Below, piece after piece: positions 53,486-62,051 of a stretch of DNA of 64,000 nucleotides. Both the position numbers and the translations under genes were made by a program. A model generated the notes under the pieces. The model was not told the DNA's origin, made no database searches, and saw nothing but the letters and a program-made list of their open reading frames with translations. Origin of the DNA: Chloroflexota bacterium (lineage in GTDB: Bacteria > Chloroflexota > UBA11872 > VXNJ01); NCBI GenBank assembly GCA_965208775.1, contig OZ242360.1:2589404-2653403 (forward strand). The letters are read 5' to 3'. The stretch's first letter is position 1. Each line of letters begins with the position of its first letter.

Positions 53486-53947
53486 ATGATCGACCCGAAT
53501 TCTAGGGCAGCCGGCTCGACCGACGACGACAAGCAGGTCTTTACATTGCCACTTGGCGACGATGTGGATAGGCAACTCTACGCACTTGAGAAAGCACAGA
53601 AGGCTGTGTATGCGTTAGCCACAAAGCAAGGAGACCTCAAGGACCGGCTTGCTGAAGCCTTCACTGAACTCATTCGAATTGATGTATCGGCTGTTCCTGC
53701 TCACCTCCAGTCCGACTACAAGTGGATCAAGAACTCTCTGACAAGCAAGTCTGCCAAGCAACGCGCTTTTGCCCAGGGTAGATGGGTTGAAGGTGTCGAA
53801 GGTCGAATCGGCGCAACTCTGGCGTATATGCGACGGAAGAAGACGGAGGAAATAGCCGACCGCATCACCCAATTCGCGTCTCAACTAGAGGACGCAGTAA
53901 GCGCACCATCCTTGACGACCCCTTCAAGTCCCTCCTCCACAAGCTAA
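53486..53947 (+). CDS. Small hypothetical protein (153 aa) between hsdS-tail copies 2 and 3
   Basis: Coding-like, helical. The C-terminus (..APSLTTPSSPSSTS) again runs into an off-frame hsdS-tail repeat. Confidence 0.3.
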   Translation: MIDPNSRAAGSTDDDKQVFTLPLGDDVDRQLYALEKAQKAVYALATKQGDLKDRLAEAFTELIRIDVSAVPAHLQSDYKWIKNSLTSKSAKQRAFAQGRWVEGVEGRIGATLAYMRRKKTEEIADRITQFASQLEDAVSAPSLTTPSSPSSTS

Positions 53948-54048
53948 TGACCGGTGAGATACGGGCAGAAGAGCATGACCTCTCAGCAATCGGAAGACCA
54001 GCCGGCCGTAAGCTCGGTGAGATGAGACGACCACGCATATGTCAATAG
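53890..54048 (+). repeat. Third copy of the hsdS 3' conserved tail (frame-1 open segment ...KRTILDDPFKSLLHKLMTGEIRAEEHDL...), ending 10 nt into the helicase gene
   Basis: Direct repeat (aagcgcaccatccttgacgaccccttcaagtccctcctccacaagctaatgaccggtgag). No start codon. Confidence 0.7.
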
Positions 54049-56012
54049 AAAACCAGCCAACACCATGGCTCGAAGGGATCGAGGGCAGCGTTGCCCACGA
54101 GCTAATTGAGTCGGATGCACAGGTCATCCGCGTGGTAGCGGGACCTGGATCAGGGAAGACGACCTGTCTCAAGCGCCGACTCCAGCGTCTAATCCAGAAG
54201 GACGAGATCGATCCAAAGACGGTGTTCGTTGGAACGTTCACGAGGGCGATCTCAAGAGAGTTGAGAGAGGCGCTTGGTACGGAAGTTCGAATTTCGACGC
54301 TCCATTCACTAGCTTACGGACTGCTTCGAAAGTACCCGGCTGCGTGTCAGGGGATGCAATTGCGTTTTCTTCTGAGATTTGAAGAGGATGCATTGCTATA
54401 TGACGTCGAAGGGGTCGCCAAGTCGATAGGCAACATACACAAGCGCCGAGAAGCGCTTCGGATGTTACAGGCCAGTAGGTCGCAACGGGCAAAGTACGCG
54501 AATGCCAGATTTGATGGTGCCGTTAGACGTTGGTTGCAACGGCACCGAGCAATGTTAATAGGGGAGGTTGTCCATCTTTGTGTAGTCGGACTGGAGAGCG
54601 ACGACATTCCTTCCGGGTCTTTTGGTCACGTGGTGATCGACGAATATCAGGACCTCACTGCCGCAGAGCAGGAACTGGTGCGTCTCGTCTGGTCCACGAC
54701 GGGATCTCTGACAGTGTTAGGGGATAACGACCAATCGATATACGGCTTTCGATTTAACCATCCTGACGGGATTGCAGACTTCCATCTAGCTTGGCCTCAA
54801 TGCAAAGACTTGACATTCATTGATAACCGCCGTTGTGGAGAACGTATCCTCGACGTAGCTAACTTGATGATGGCCGAAGCCAGTGGCACGAAACCGCCGA
54901 TGAACTCAAAGAGTGCGCGTGTTGGCGAACTGAAGGCCGTTCAGTGGAACACTCTCGATGACGAGATTACTGGTCTGGCAAATGTCATCAACTCCTATGC
55001 AGACGAGTCGTTTCTCGTCCTCGTTCCTCGTCGCTTCATCGGCTATCGCTTGGCTGACGCAATTGGAAGTGACGCGAGAACGACGTTTTCTGAGCAGGCG
55101 TTAGAACACTCCATCGCGCAGGAGTGCTTTGCTACCGTGTCACTATTGGCCAACCCGGAAGACTTCGTAGCGGCTCGCGCCTATCTTGGATTTCATGGTA
55201 CGAGTCGAAAGCAGGCACCGGGTCGTAATGCGGAAGCCTACGCTAGTCTGCCGACAAACATTGGCGGCCACGAGATGATCCGGCAGATTGCAACTCAGAA
55301 GGTCAACATCTCTGGGACAGGACAGAGCCATATTCAGGAACGAGCGAAGAAGGCAGTTCAACTAATTGACTGCTCCTTGACACCAACAGAGACCATAGAC
55401 CTTGCGTTCAATGATTCACTGGCAAACGAAGAACAGGATGATGAAAAGCGGCGCTGGTTGGCCGAACACCTGCGAGAGCTTAGGGACGCGGCGCACGAAT
55501 TGTTGATGCGACCAGACACGCCTACCTTGTCGAAGGTCATTGAGACGATGAGGTACCAGATTGCTACTCGCGCACCTTTGCAAAGTTCCGATGACGAGGA
55601 GCCTCGCGTGAAAATCATGACACTTCATTCAGCTAAGGGACTCGAAGCCGACAACGTCGTAATTGCAGGTGTTGCCGATCAATTCATGCCGGGTACTGAA
55701 ACCGATCAAAATGTCATTGCGGAACAGAGACGACTGCTTTACGTGGCGGTTACACGTGCCAGAGACCGTCTGATCATTTCGTGGCCTCGAAGAATCAGGA
55801 CAGCCGACCTGATGAAGAATATGGGACGCCGAGGCCAGGTAACCACCACGAACGGCGAAAAATGGGGCATCACGTCACGCTGTTCCCTGCTTCCTCAAGG
55901 TCTGAGCGGCGTCATAACTGGTTCCCAGCTACTTGCCTCAGCGATTGAGGAAGCGGCGAGCCGTGGAGAAAGCCGTGCGCGCCACGCTCTCAAACATGCT
56001 GCCCCAGGTTAG
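54039..56012 (+). CDS. UvrD/PcrA/Rep-like SF1 DNA helicase, embedded between hsdS and hsdR
   Basis: Walker A VVAGPGSGKTTCL, motif II VIDEYQDLT, motif V/VI IMTLHSAKGLEADNVVIAGV ... LLYVAVTRARDRL. 657 aa with no nuclease domain recognised. Confidence 0.85.
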   Translation: MSIENQPTPWLEGIEGSVAHELIESDAQVIRVVAGPGSGKTTCLKRRLQRLIQKDEIDPKTVFVGTFTRAISRELREALGTEVRISTLHSLAYGLLRKYPAACQGMQLRFLLRFEEDALLYDVEGVAKSIGNIHKRREALRMLQASRSQRAKYANARFDGAVRRWLQRHRAMLIGEVVHLCVVGLESDDIPSGSFGHVVIDEYQDLTAAEQELVRLVWSTTGSLTVLGDNDQSIYGFRFNHPDGIADFHLAWPQCKDLTFIDNRRCGERILDVANLMMAEASGTKPPMNSKSARVGELKAVQWNTLDDEITGLANVINSYADESFLVLVPRRFIGYRLADAIGSDARTTFSEQALEHSIAQECFATVSLLANPEDFVAARAYLGFHGTSRKQAPGRNAEAYASLPTNIGGHEMIRQIATQKVNISGTGQSHIQERAKKAVQLIDCSLTPTETIDLAFNDSLANEEQDDEKRRWLAEHLRELRDAAHELLMRPDTPTLSKVIETMRYQIATRAPLQSSDDEEPRVKIMTLHSAKGLEADNVVIAGVADQFMPGTETDQNVIAEQRRLLYVAVTRARDRLIISWPRRIRTADLMKNMGRRGQVTTTNGEKWGITSRCSLLPQGLSGVITGSQLLASAIEEAASRGESRARHALKHAAPG

Positions 56013-56406
56013 ATTCCGCGTCCTTCATCACGATTCCCGCGCCCACTACGGCTTGCAGGTAGCGGATTACTGCTGCTGGGCGATCTTCAGGAAACACGAG
56101 CGGGGAGATTCGGCCCACTTCAACATAATCGGGAGCGCAGTGCGCAGCGAGTTCGACATCTTTCGGACAGGATCGACGTATTGCTACTGAATATGCCGAT
56201 TTGCAGACAAAAAACGACCTCCCCGACTACTCCGTTTCCGCGGAGAGCACCCGTGACTCTCTTGTCATCGGGGAGGGACCTTTGATCGACGATAACGCGC
56301 AAATGCAGGATGCGGCCAACAAACGCAAGACGCGGCCAACTTCCAGCCGGGCATTCAAAGAAGCCGCTGAGACTCACGCCGCCCCGCTCGAAGTGAGGAA
56401 ACGGCA

Positions 56407-56718
56407 ATGAACCCACGTATCTTCATCCCGAGGGACGCCCTTGCCACATTCTGCCGAGAAAATGGGATAGGGCGCTTGGCCGTCTTCGGCTCTGCGCTGC
56501 GCGAAGACTTCGGACCCGAAAGCGACATCGACCTGCTGGTCGAGTTTGAGCCGGACCGCGTTCCCGGGCTTTTCGGGCTGGCCGGTTTGGAGTTGCAATT
56601 GTCCGAACTGTTCGGCAGGCAGGTAGACCTTGTGACGCTCTCCGCCATTGAGCAGAGTCGGAACTATATCCGCCGAAAAGCTATTCTCGATTCCGCCGAG
56701 GAAGTCTATGCGGCGTGA
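56407..56718 (+). CDS. mntA: MntA-like minimal nucleotidyltransferase (antitoxin of a HEPN/MNT pair)
   Basis: 103 aa; GSALREDFGPESDIDLLVEF = the GS..D[ID]D nucleotidyltransferase motif. Confidence 0.75.
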   Translation: MNPRIFIPRDALATFCRENGIGRLAVFGSALREDFGPESDIDLLVEFEPDRVPGLFGLAGLELQLSELFGRQVDLVTLSAIEQSRNYIRRKAILDSAEEVYAA

Positions 56719-57073
56719 CGACGCATACCTGCTGGACATGCTCCTGTCGTCCCGGGACGCGGTCGAGTTTGCCTCCGATATCACCTACGCGGAGTTCTGG
56801 GAGAGCCGTCTTCACCGGAATGCAATCTTGAAGTCGATTGAAATAGTCGGCGAGGCCGCGTCTCGCGTAAGCGCTGGAGCTAGAGAGGCCCACAACGAAA
56901 TTCCATGGGGCGAAATTATCGGAATGCGCAATCGCATCGTGCACGCCTATTTCGAAATTGATATCGAGCTTGTTTGGAGAGTCGTAAAGGACGATCTGCC
57001 GAAGCTCATTACCCGGCTTGATAGAATAGTGCCTCCCGACCCGAGTCGTAAGCGGACCAGTGAAGATAACTGA
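56708..57073 (+). CDS. hepT: HepT-like HEPN toxin (DUF86); start taken at internal Met overlapping the mntA end by 11 nt
   Basis: C-terminal RNRIVHAY (Rx4HxY HEPN RNase motif). Its 3' end overlaps the hsdR start by 14 nt. Confidence 0.75.
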   Translation: MRRDDAYLLDMLLSSRDAVEFASDITYAEFWESRLHRNAILKSIEIVGEAASRVSAGAREAHNEIPWGEIIGMRNRIVHAYFEIDIELVWRVVKDDLPKLITRLDRIVPPDPSRKRTSEDN

Positions 57074-60002
57074 AGCGGACGTCGCGCAGTTTCCGATGGT
57101 CCGCCACGCGGCGGAGATCGGCTGGACCCCCATCCCGCCAGGTGCCGCCAAGCGAAAGCGCGGCGGCGAAACCGGGATGCTCTTACGTGGCGAGCTCGAA
57201 GCCAGACTGGCCGCCTTCAATCCGTGGATGTCGTCCGACGCCATACGCCAAGTCGTCGAGCGGATCGAGGCCCTGCCGCCCACCATCGAGGGCAACTGCG
57301 AGATGCTCGGCTGGCTGCGCGGCGAGCGGCAGTCGCACGACGAAACCGAGAACCTGAATCGGCGCGTCCGGCTGATCGACTTCGACTCGCCCGCCGCCAA
57401 CAGGTTTCACGTCACCTGGGAATGGCGGCTCAAGCCCCCCGCGCGCAAGGCCAACCGCGCCGACGTGATGTTCGTCGTCAACGGCGTTCCTGTCGCCATC
57501 GTCGAGCACAAGAACCCCAAGGACGCCAACGCCATCGAACGCGGCGTCAAGCAGCTCAAGCGCTACGAGATAGAGACCCCCGAGCTACTCGGCTCCCCGC
57601 AGCTGTTCAACGTGACCCACGTTCTCGACTACTGGTACGGCGCTACCTGGAACGCCAACCGGCGCTACATGGCGCGCTGGAAACGGCAACGAGAGGAAAC
57701 CTACAGGTTCGCCGTTCAGTCGTTCTTTGAGCCGACCGACTTCCTGCGCACGCTGCGCGACTGGATTCTGTTCTACGTCGAGGACGGCGAGACTCGAAAG
57801 TCGGTCTTGCGCCAGCATCAGCGCCGCGCCATCGACCGCATAGTCGAGCGCTGCTCCGAGCCTGACAGGCGGCGCGGACTCATTTGGCACACCCAGGGTT
57901 CCGGCAAGACCTTCACCCTCCTCACCGCCGCCCGCCTGATCCTGGAGCGTAAGGCGGAGTTCCAAACGCCTACGGTGGTGGTGGTCGTCGACCGTACCGA
58001 GCTCGAGGGTCAGCTTGAAGGTTGGGTCGAGAGGCTGCTCGGGGAGATGAAGCAGCAGGACATTCCGGTCTGGCGCGCCGGCTCAAGAGCCGAGCTCCGT
58101 GAGATTCTCGCGACCGACAAGCGCGGCCTGGTCATCTCGATGATCCACAAGTTCGAGGGAATCCAGAAGAACGCCAACGTCCGCGGCAACATTTTCGTCT
58201 TCATCGACGAAGCGCACCGCTCCGTCGCCAGGGACCTCGGGACCTATCTCATGGCGGCCCTGCCCAACGCTACGATCATCGGCTTTACCGGCACGCCCAT
58301 AGACAGGACGCAGCACGGACAAGGCACTTTCGTGATTTTCGGTGCCGACGACGACCGGGGCTATCTCGACAAGTACACCATCGCCGAGTCGATAGAAGAC
58401 GAGACCACCCTGCCGATCCGGCATACGATGGCATCGAGTGAGATGACTGTCCCGACCGAGAGGCTGGACAAGGAGTTCTTCGAACTGGCCACGGCCGAGG
58501 AAGTCACCGACGTCGAACAGCTCAACAGGGTCCTCGACCGGGCGGTAGACCTCCGCGCGTTTCTGACCGCCGACGACCGAATCGAGAAAGTCGCCGCGTT
58601 CGTTGCCAAGCACTTCAGGGAGAATGTACAGCCCCTGGGCTACAAGGCGTTTCTGGTCGGAGTCAACCGCGAAGCCTGCGCCAAATACAAGCAAGCCCTC
58701 GACAGGTTTCTGCCGCCCGAATGGTCAATGCCGGTCTACTCCGCAAACCCAGACGACATAGTCGACCGCCCGCTTGTCGCCGAGCTCCAGCTATCGCGTG
58801 CCCAGGAGTCGGACGTCCGGCTCTTGTTCAAGAGGGCCAACGAAAACCCGAAGATTCTGATCGTCACCGACAAGCTCCTTACAGGCTACGACGCGTCATT
58901 GCTCTACTGCATGTATTTGGACAAGCCGATGCGCGACCATGTGCTCCTGCAGGCGATAGCCAGAGTGAATCGCCCCTACGTGGACGCGAACGGCGTCCGC
59001 AAGCCCATAGGCTTGGTCATCGACTTCGTGGGCGTTCTGCGCGAGTTGAAGAAATCGCTGCGGTTCGACAGCTCCGACGTTGAAGGTGTGATCCAAGACC
59101 TCGATCTGCTGTTCAGGGACTTTGTCACGAAGATTCATGAGGTGGCGGTCGGATATCTCCACGACCTGCCGGAAATTACCGATGATGAAGCCTTGGAAAA
59201 GGTCGTCTTCGGGCGATTTCTCGACCCCGAGCAGCGCAAGGAGTTCTTCGAGAAATTCAAGCAGATCGAGGCGCTCTGGGAAATCCTCTCGCCCTCGCCC
59301 GAGTTGCGCGATTACATCGATTCGTTCCGGCAGCTTGTCGCCTTGTACGCCGCCGTGCGCGGTGCCTATGCGCCCGGAGTCAGTTTCAGTGCAGATCTGG
59401 CTAACAAGACGAGATCCATGGTGCAGGCGCGCACTGCCCAGGATGGTCCCGACTACTTCACAAAGTCCGTTACGTTCGACTTGCCCACCCTCAAAGCGCT
59501 GCGAGAAGAGCCGGGATCAGACGAGGCCAAGATATTCAATCTTGTGCGGGGTCTACGAGTAGAAATCCAACGCGACCGGGACATGGCGCCCGTGCTTCAA
59601 ACCCTTAAGGAACGCGCTGAGCGCATCCTTCAGGAATTCCAAAACCGCAACGTGGACAGCCTTGCCGCGATGAACCTGCTGGAGCAATTGGCAGACGAAA
59701 AGGAAGCCGCAGTCGAAGCCGCGAACGATAGCGGTCTGTCGTCTCGGGGATTCGGCGTTTACTGGACTCTCAGGGAAGACAGCGCTCTGGAAGCGGCAGG
59801 GATTCCCGCCGCGGAGCTGGCCGAAGAGGCGGAAACGCTATCTGCCCGCTTTCCGAACGCCGCCGTAAACGCCGACGAGGCGCGTAGACTCCGAGCCGCC
59901 CTGTATCTTCCGCTTCTCAAACTTGACAACGAGGAGCGTATCCGAATCATCGATGCGATACTCGGAATCCTGCTTGACGTGGACTCGGATGCGCATAGCT
60001 GA
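57060..60002 (+). CDS. hsdR: Type I restriction enzyme R subunit HsdR
   Basis: 980 aa. Walker [18 protein letters not shown] box [10 protein letters not shown], helicase motif [11 protein letters not shown]-terminal nuclease region present. Confidence 0.9.
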   Translation: MKITEADVAQFPMVRHAAEIGWTPIPPGAAKRKRGGETGMLLRGELEARLAAFNPWMSSDAIRQVVERIEALPPTIEGNCEMLGWLRGERQSHDETENLNRRVRLIDFDSPAANRFHVTWEWRLKPPARKANRADVMFVVNGVPVAIVEHKNPKDANAIERGVKQLKRYEIETPELLGSPQLFNVTHVLDYWYGATWNANRRYMARWKRQREETYRFAVQSFFEPTDFLRTLRDWILFYVEDGETRKSVLRQHQRRAIDRIVERCSEPDRRRGLIWHTQGSGKTFTLLTAARLILERKAEFQTPTVVVVVDRTELEGQLEGWVERLLGEMKQQDIPVWRAGSRAELREILATDKRGLVISMIHKFEGIQKNANVRGNIFVFIDEAHRSVARDLGTYLMAALPNATIIGFTGTPIDRTQHGQGTFVIFGADDDRGYLDKYTIAESIEDETTLPIRHTMASSEMTVPTERLDKEFFELATAEEVTDVEQLNRVLDRAVDLRAFLTADDRIEKVAAFVAKHFRENVQPLGYKAFLVGVNREACAKYKQALDRFLPPEWSMPVYSANPDDIVDRPLVAELQLSRAQESDVRLLFKRANENPKILIVTDKLLTGYDASLLYCMYLDKPMRDHVLLQAIARVNRPYVDANGVRKPIGLVIDFVGVLRELKKSLRFDSSDVEGVIQDLDLLFRDFVTKIHEVAVGYLHDLPEITDDEALEKVVFGRFLDPEQRKEFFEKFKQIEALWEILSPSPELRDYIDSFRQLVALYAAVRGAYAPGVSFSADLANKTRSMVQARTAQDGPDYFTKSVTFDLPTLKALREEPGSDEAKIFNLVRGLRVEIQRDRDMAPVLQTLKERAERILQEFQNRNVDSLAAMNLLEQLADEKEAAVEAANDSGLSSRGFGVYWTLREDSALEAAGIPAAELAEEAETLSARFPNAAVNADEARRLRAALYLPLLKLDNEERIRIIDAILGILLDVDSDAHS

Positions 60003-60297
60003 GGAGCGCCGCCGGGTCATTCGTGATCGCGTCGAATACTGGACTCAACGACTCAGCGTCGCCCCCAGGGTTGTTCGCGTGCAGCACATGACTCGCAAGT
60101 GGGCTTCCTGCTCAACATCTGGTGTTCTCACATTCGCGATCGATCTGGCTGAACAGGAACCCGGATTTCGAGACTTCGCCATAGTCCACGAGCTATTGCA
60201 CCTGCGCGTTCCCAACCACGGAAAGCTGTTCAAGGCGTTGATGACCGTTCATGTACCAGACTGGAGAAAGTATGAAGTGGGCAGGAACCATTTGTGA
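59923..60297 (+). CDS. DUF45/YgjP-like zinc metallopeptidase (WLM-type HExxH), short form, overlapping the hsdR 3' end
   Basis: HELLHL (HExxH) motif. This family commonly follows hsdR. Likely starts at an internal Met ~59986. Confidence 0.55.
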   Translation: MTTRSVSESSMRYSESCLTWTRMRIAEERRRVIRDRVEYWTQRLSVAPRVVRVQHMTRKWASCSTSGVLTFAIDLAEQEPGFRDFAIVHELLHLRVPNHGKLFKALMTVHVPDWRKYEVGRNHL

Positions 60298-60557
60298 CCT
60301 GCGCTCCAAAATCTGTCCCCGGACATAAATCGGGATTTGCGGCCGGAGTCTGCTTCCCTAGCTGACTGCTGAATACCGCGACCAAGTCAGCTGCCGCGCG
60401 GAGCCAACGAGCATTCGTGAAGCCGACTCGATCTAGGTGGACGAGTAGAGACTCCTACCGGTCAATCACGCTGCTTTCTCGGATTGGAGGGCGCCAATCT
60501 GGTTTGGCCATGGGCAGGTTTCAGGCACCGTTCGACGCCGCCTTGATCCTCACTAAG

Positions 60558-61790
60558 CAGACTTAGGGTTGCGCTTGCGGGTGGTGAATCGTTCGATTCG
60601 AGCCTGTCAGCGCTGACCAATTCAAGCCACCTCAACTGCATCAGTGGGCAGTCGATTCCAATGCGTCGTTCCAGTCCCGTCGTTTCCATTGGCGTTTCAA
60701 AGAGGCACGCGAGCAGACGTCACGCTTCCGTCTGTTTCTTCGTCTCCCTCTTGGACGACCTGTAGCCGACCGGCATTTCAGTGAAGACATAGGTACGGTT
60801 TTCGCCGTCATCGCCCAACTTGCGACGCTGACTGCTTACTGCAGTACGCATGGTACGAGTACCGGAGTTCGCCTGAAGGCGCTGGTCCCTGTTGATCATC
60901 AGGCGTCAGGCCAAAGCTGACGAAGTCCGAGGGCCTGCTCGACCCGTCCAGGGTCGTGATCACGCCCTAACGGGAGTCCGTCAACGCCAGGGCGCTCTCG
61001 ACCACCTCCTGGAGCACGGTGTCGAAATCGAGGCTCTCGTTTACGCGCAGGCTGGACTCGCTAAGCCGCGTCAGCCGGTCTCCGAGAGCCTGACTCTCCA
61101 AGTCTCGAAGATCCTGTCGGTCTATCTATAGGCCTCGATCAGGCAGCAGAAGGTCCGGTAAACCAGCCGATGTGAAACGGCAATTGCGGGTCCGGATTGG
61201 GTGTTTCCAGAGCAATTATGCCGGATTCGACTGAAACTCACACTGATCTTATGCAAACGGGTCGCCATTCTCACGCCCATCTTATACACGACTTCTAGAC
61301 TAAAGCGTCACTGACCCGCCGAGGGGAGGCAGCCGCTTGGCCTTCGACTTCGATGGTTTCGACGCGTCTGGACCTTTGGATGTCGAACGGTCTTCAAGGT
61401 TGAACGCGGTGCGGCCTTGTCACTAGCCCGGGCGTCCCGAACGAGAGTGGGGCGGTGCCGGAGAGGATCGGGAGTGGCGTGAGTGGTGTCAGGCCAATCG
61501 CCGGCAGTTGCACCTGTCATCCGTGTTGCAGTCGTGGTCATCCGGCCATTCATCGTCTAACTCTTCCGGGCAAGCCGTTTCCCAGGGCTGATTGGCGCGC
61601 AACTCACCTAGCCCTGGTCACGGAGGGCGGGGTGAGCCCCCTGGCTAGCCCTCTACCCAACTTAGCCAGTTGGCCGCCCCGCCCTTTTCAGAATGGAGCG
61701 CCATGCAGGAGCGAGACGTCGTTGTCCTGATCGCGGTCGTGCTGATCGCGGCTGTCCTGATTGTCCTGGCCATGTTCTTGACGACCGTGT
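60558..61790. repeat. Copy B of the ~1.2 kb imperfect direct repeat (pairs with 12427-13628)
   Basis: See copy A. Has a 15-nt internal tandem duplication (gatcgcggtcgtgctgatcgcggctgtcctga) relative to copy A. Confidence 0.85.
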
Positions 61791-61828
61791 GGCCGGTGAG
61801 CGCGGCTACGAGCTGCCCGCCCTGTTAG
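61703..61828 (+). pseudogene. Truncated duplicate of the lipoprotein gene 5' end (41 codons, MQERDVVVLIAVV...)
   Basis: Shares the RBS/start and first ~20 codons with the gene at 13565, then diverges to a stop. Lies inside repeat copy B. Confidence 0.4.
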
Positions 61829-62051
61829 GGAACAGACCGGCGCTCCGTGTGGACTCCGCCGCCGCCCCGGACTGTTTTCGGGTACCGCGGCGACATCGCC
61901 GCCTGATCGGTATATCGATGTTCCAAAGACAACAGTCAAGCCCTCAAAACCGGCTGCGGCCGCGTCTGGTCGCACATGCGCTCTGAGCCACACTGGTCTA
62001 TGAACTAGGTCTCGTTTGCGACTGATTGCCGTAATTCTCGCATTGGTCGGC

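Noticed and set aside
55933-56410. Small ORFs (85 and 69 aa) between the helicase gene and mntA
   Set aside because: One overlaps the helicase 3' end out of frame. The other has no RBS or start context and no conserved features. It may be real but is unsupported from sequence alone.
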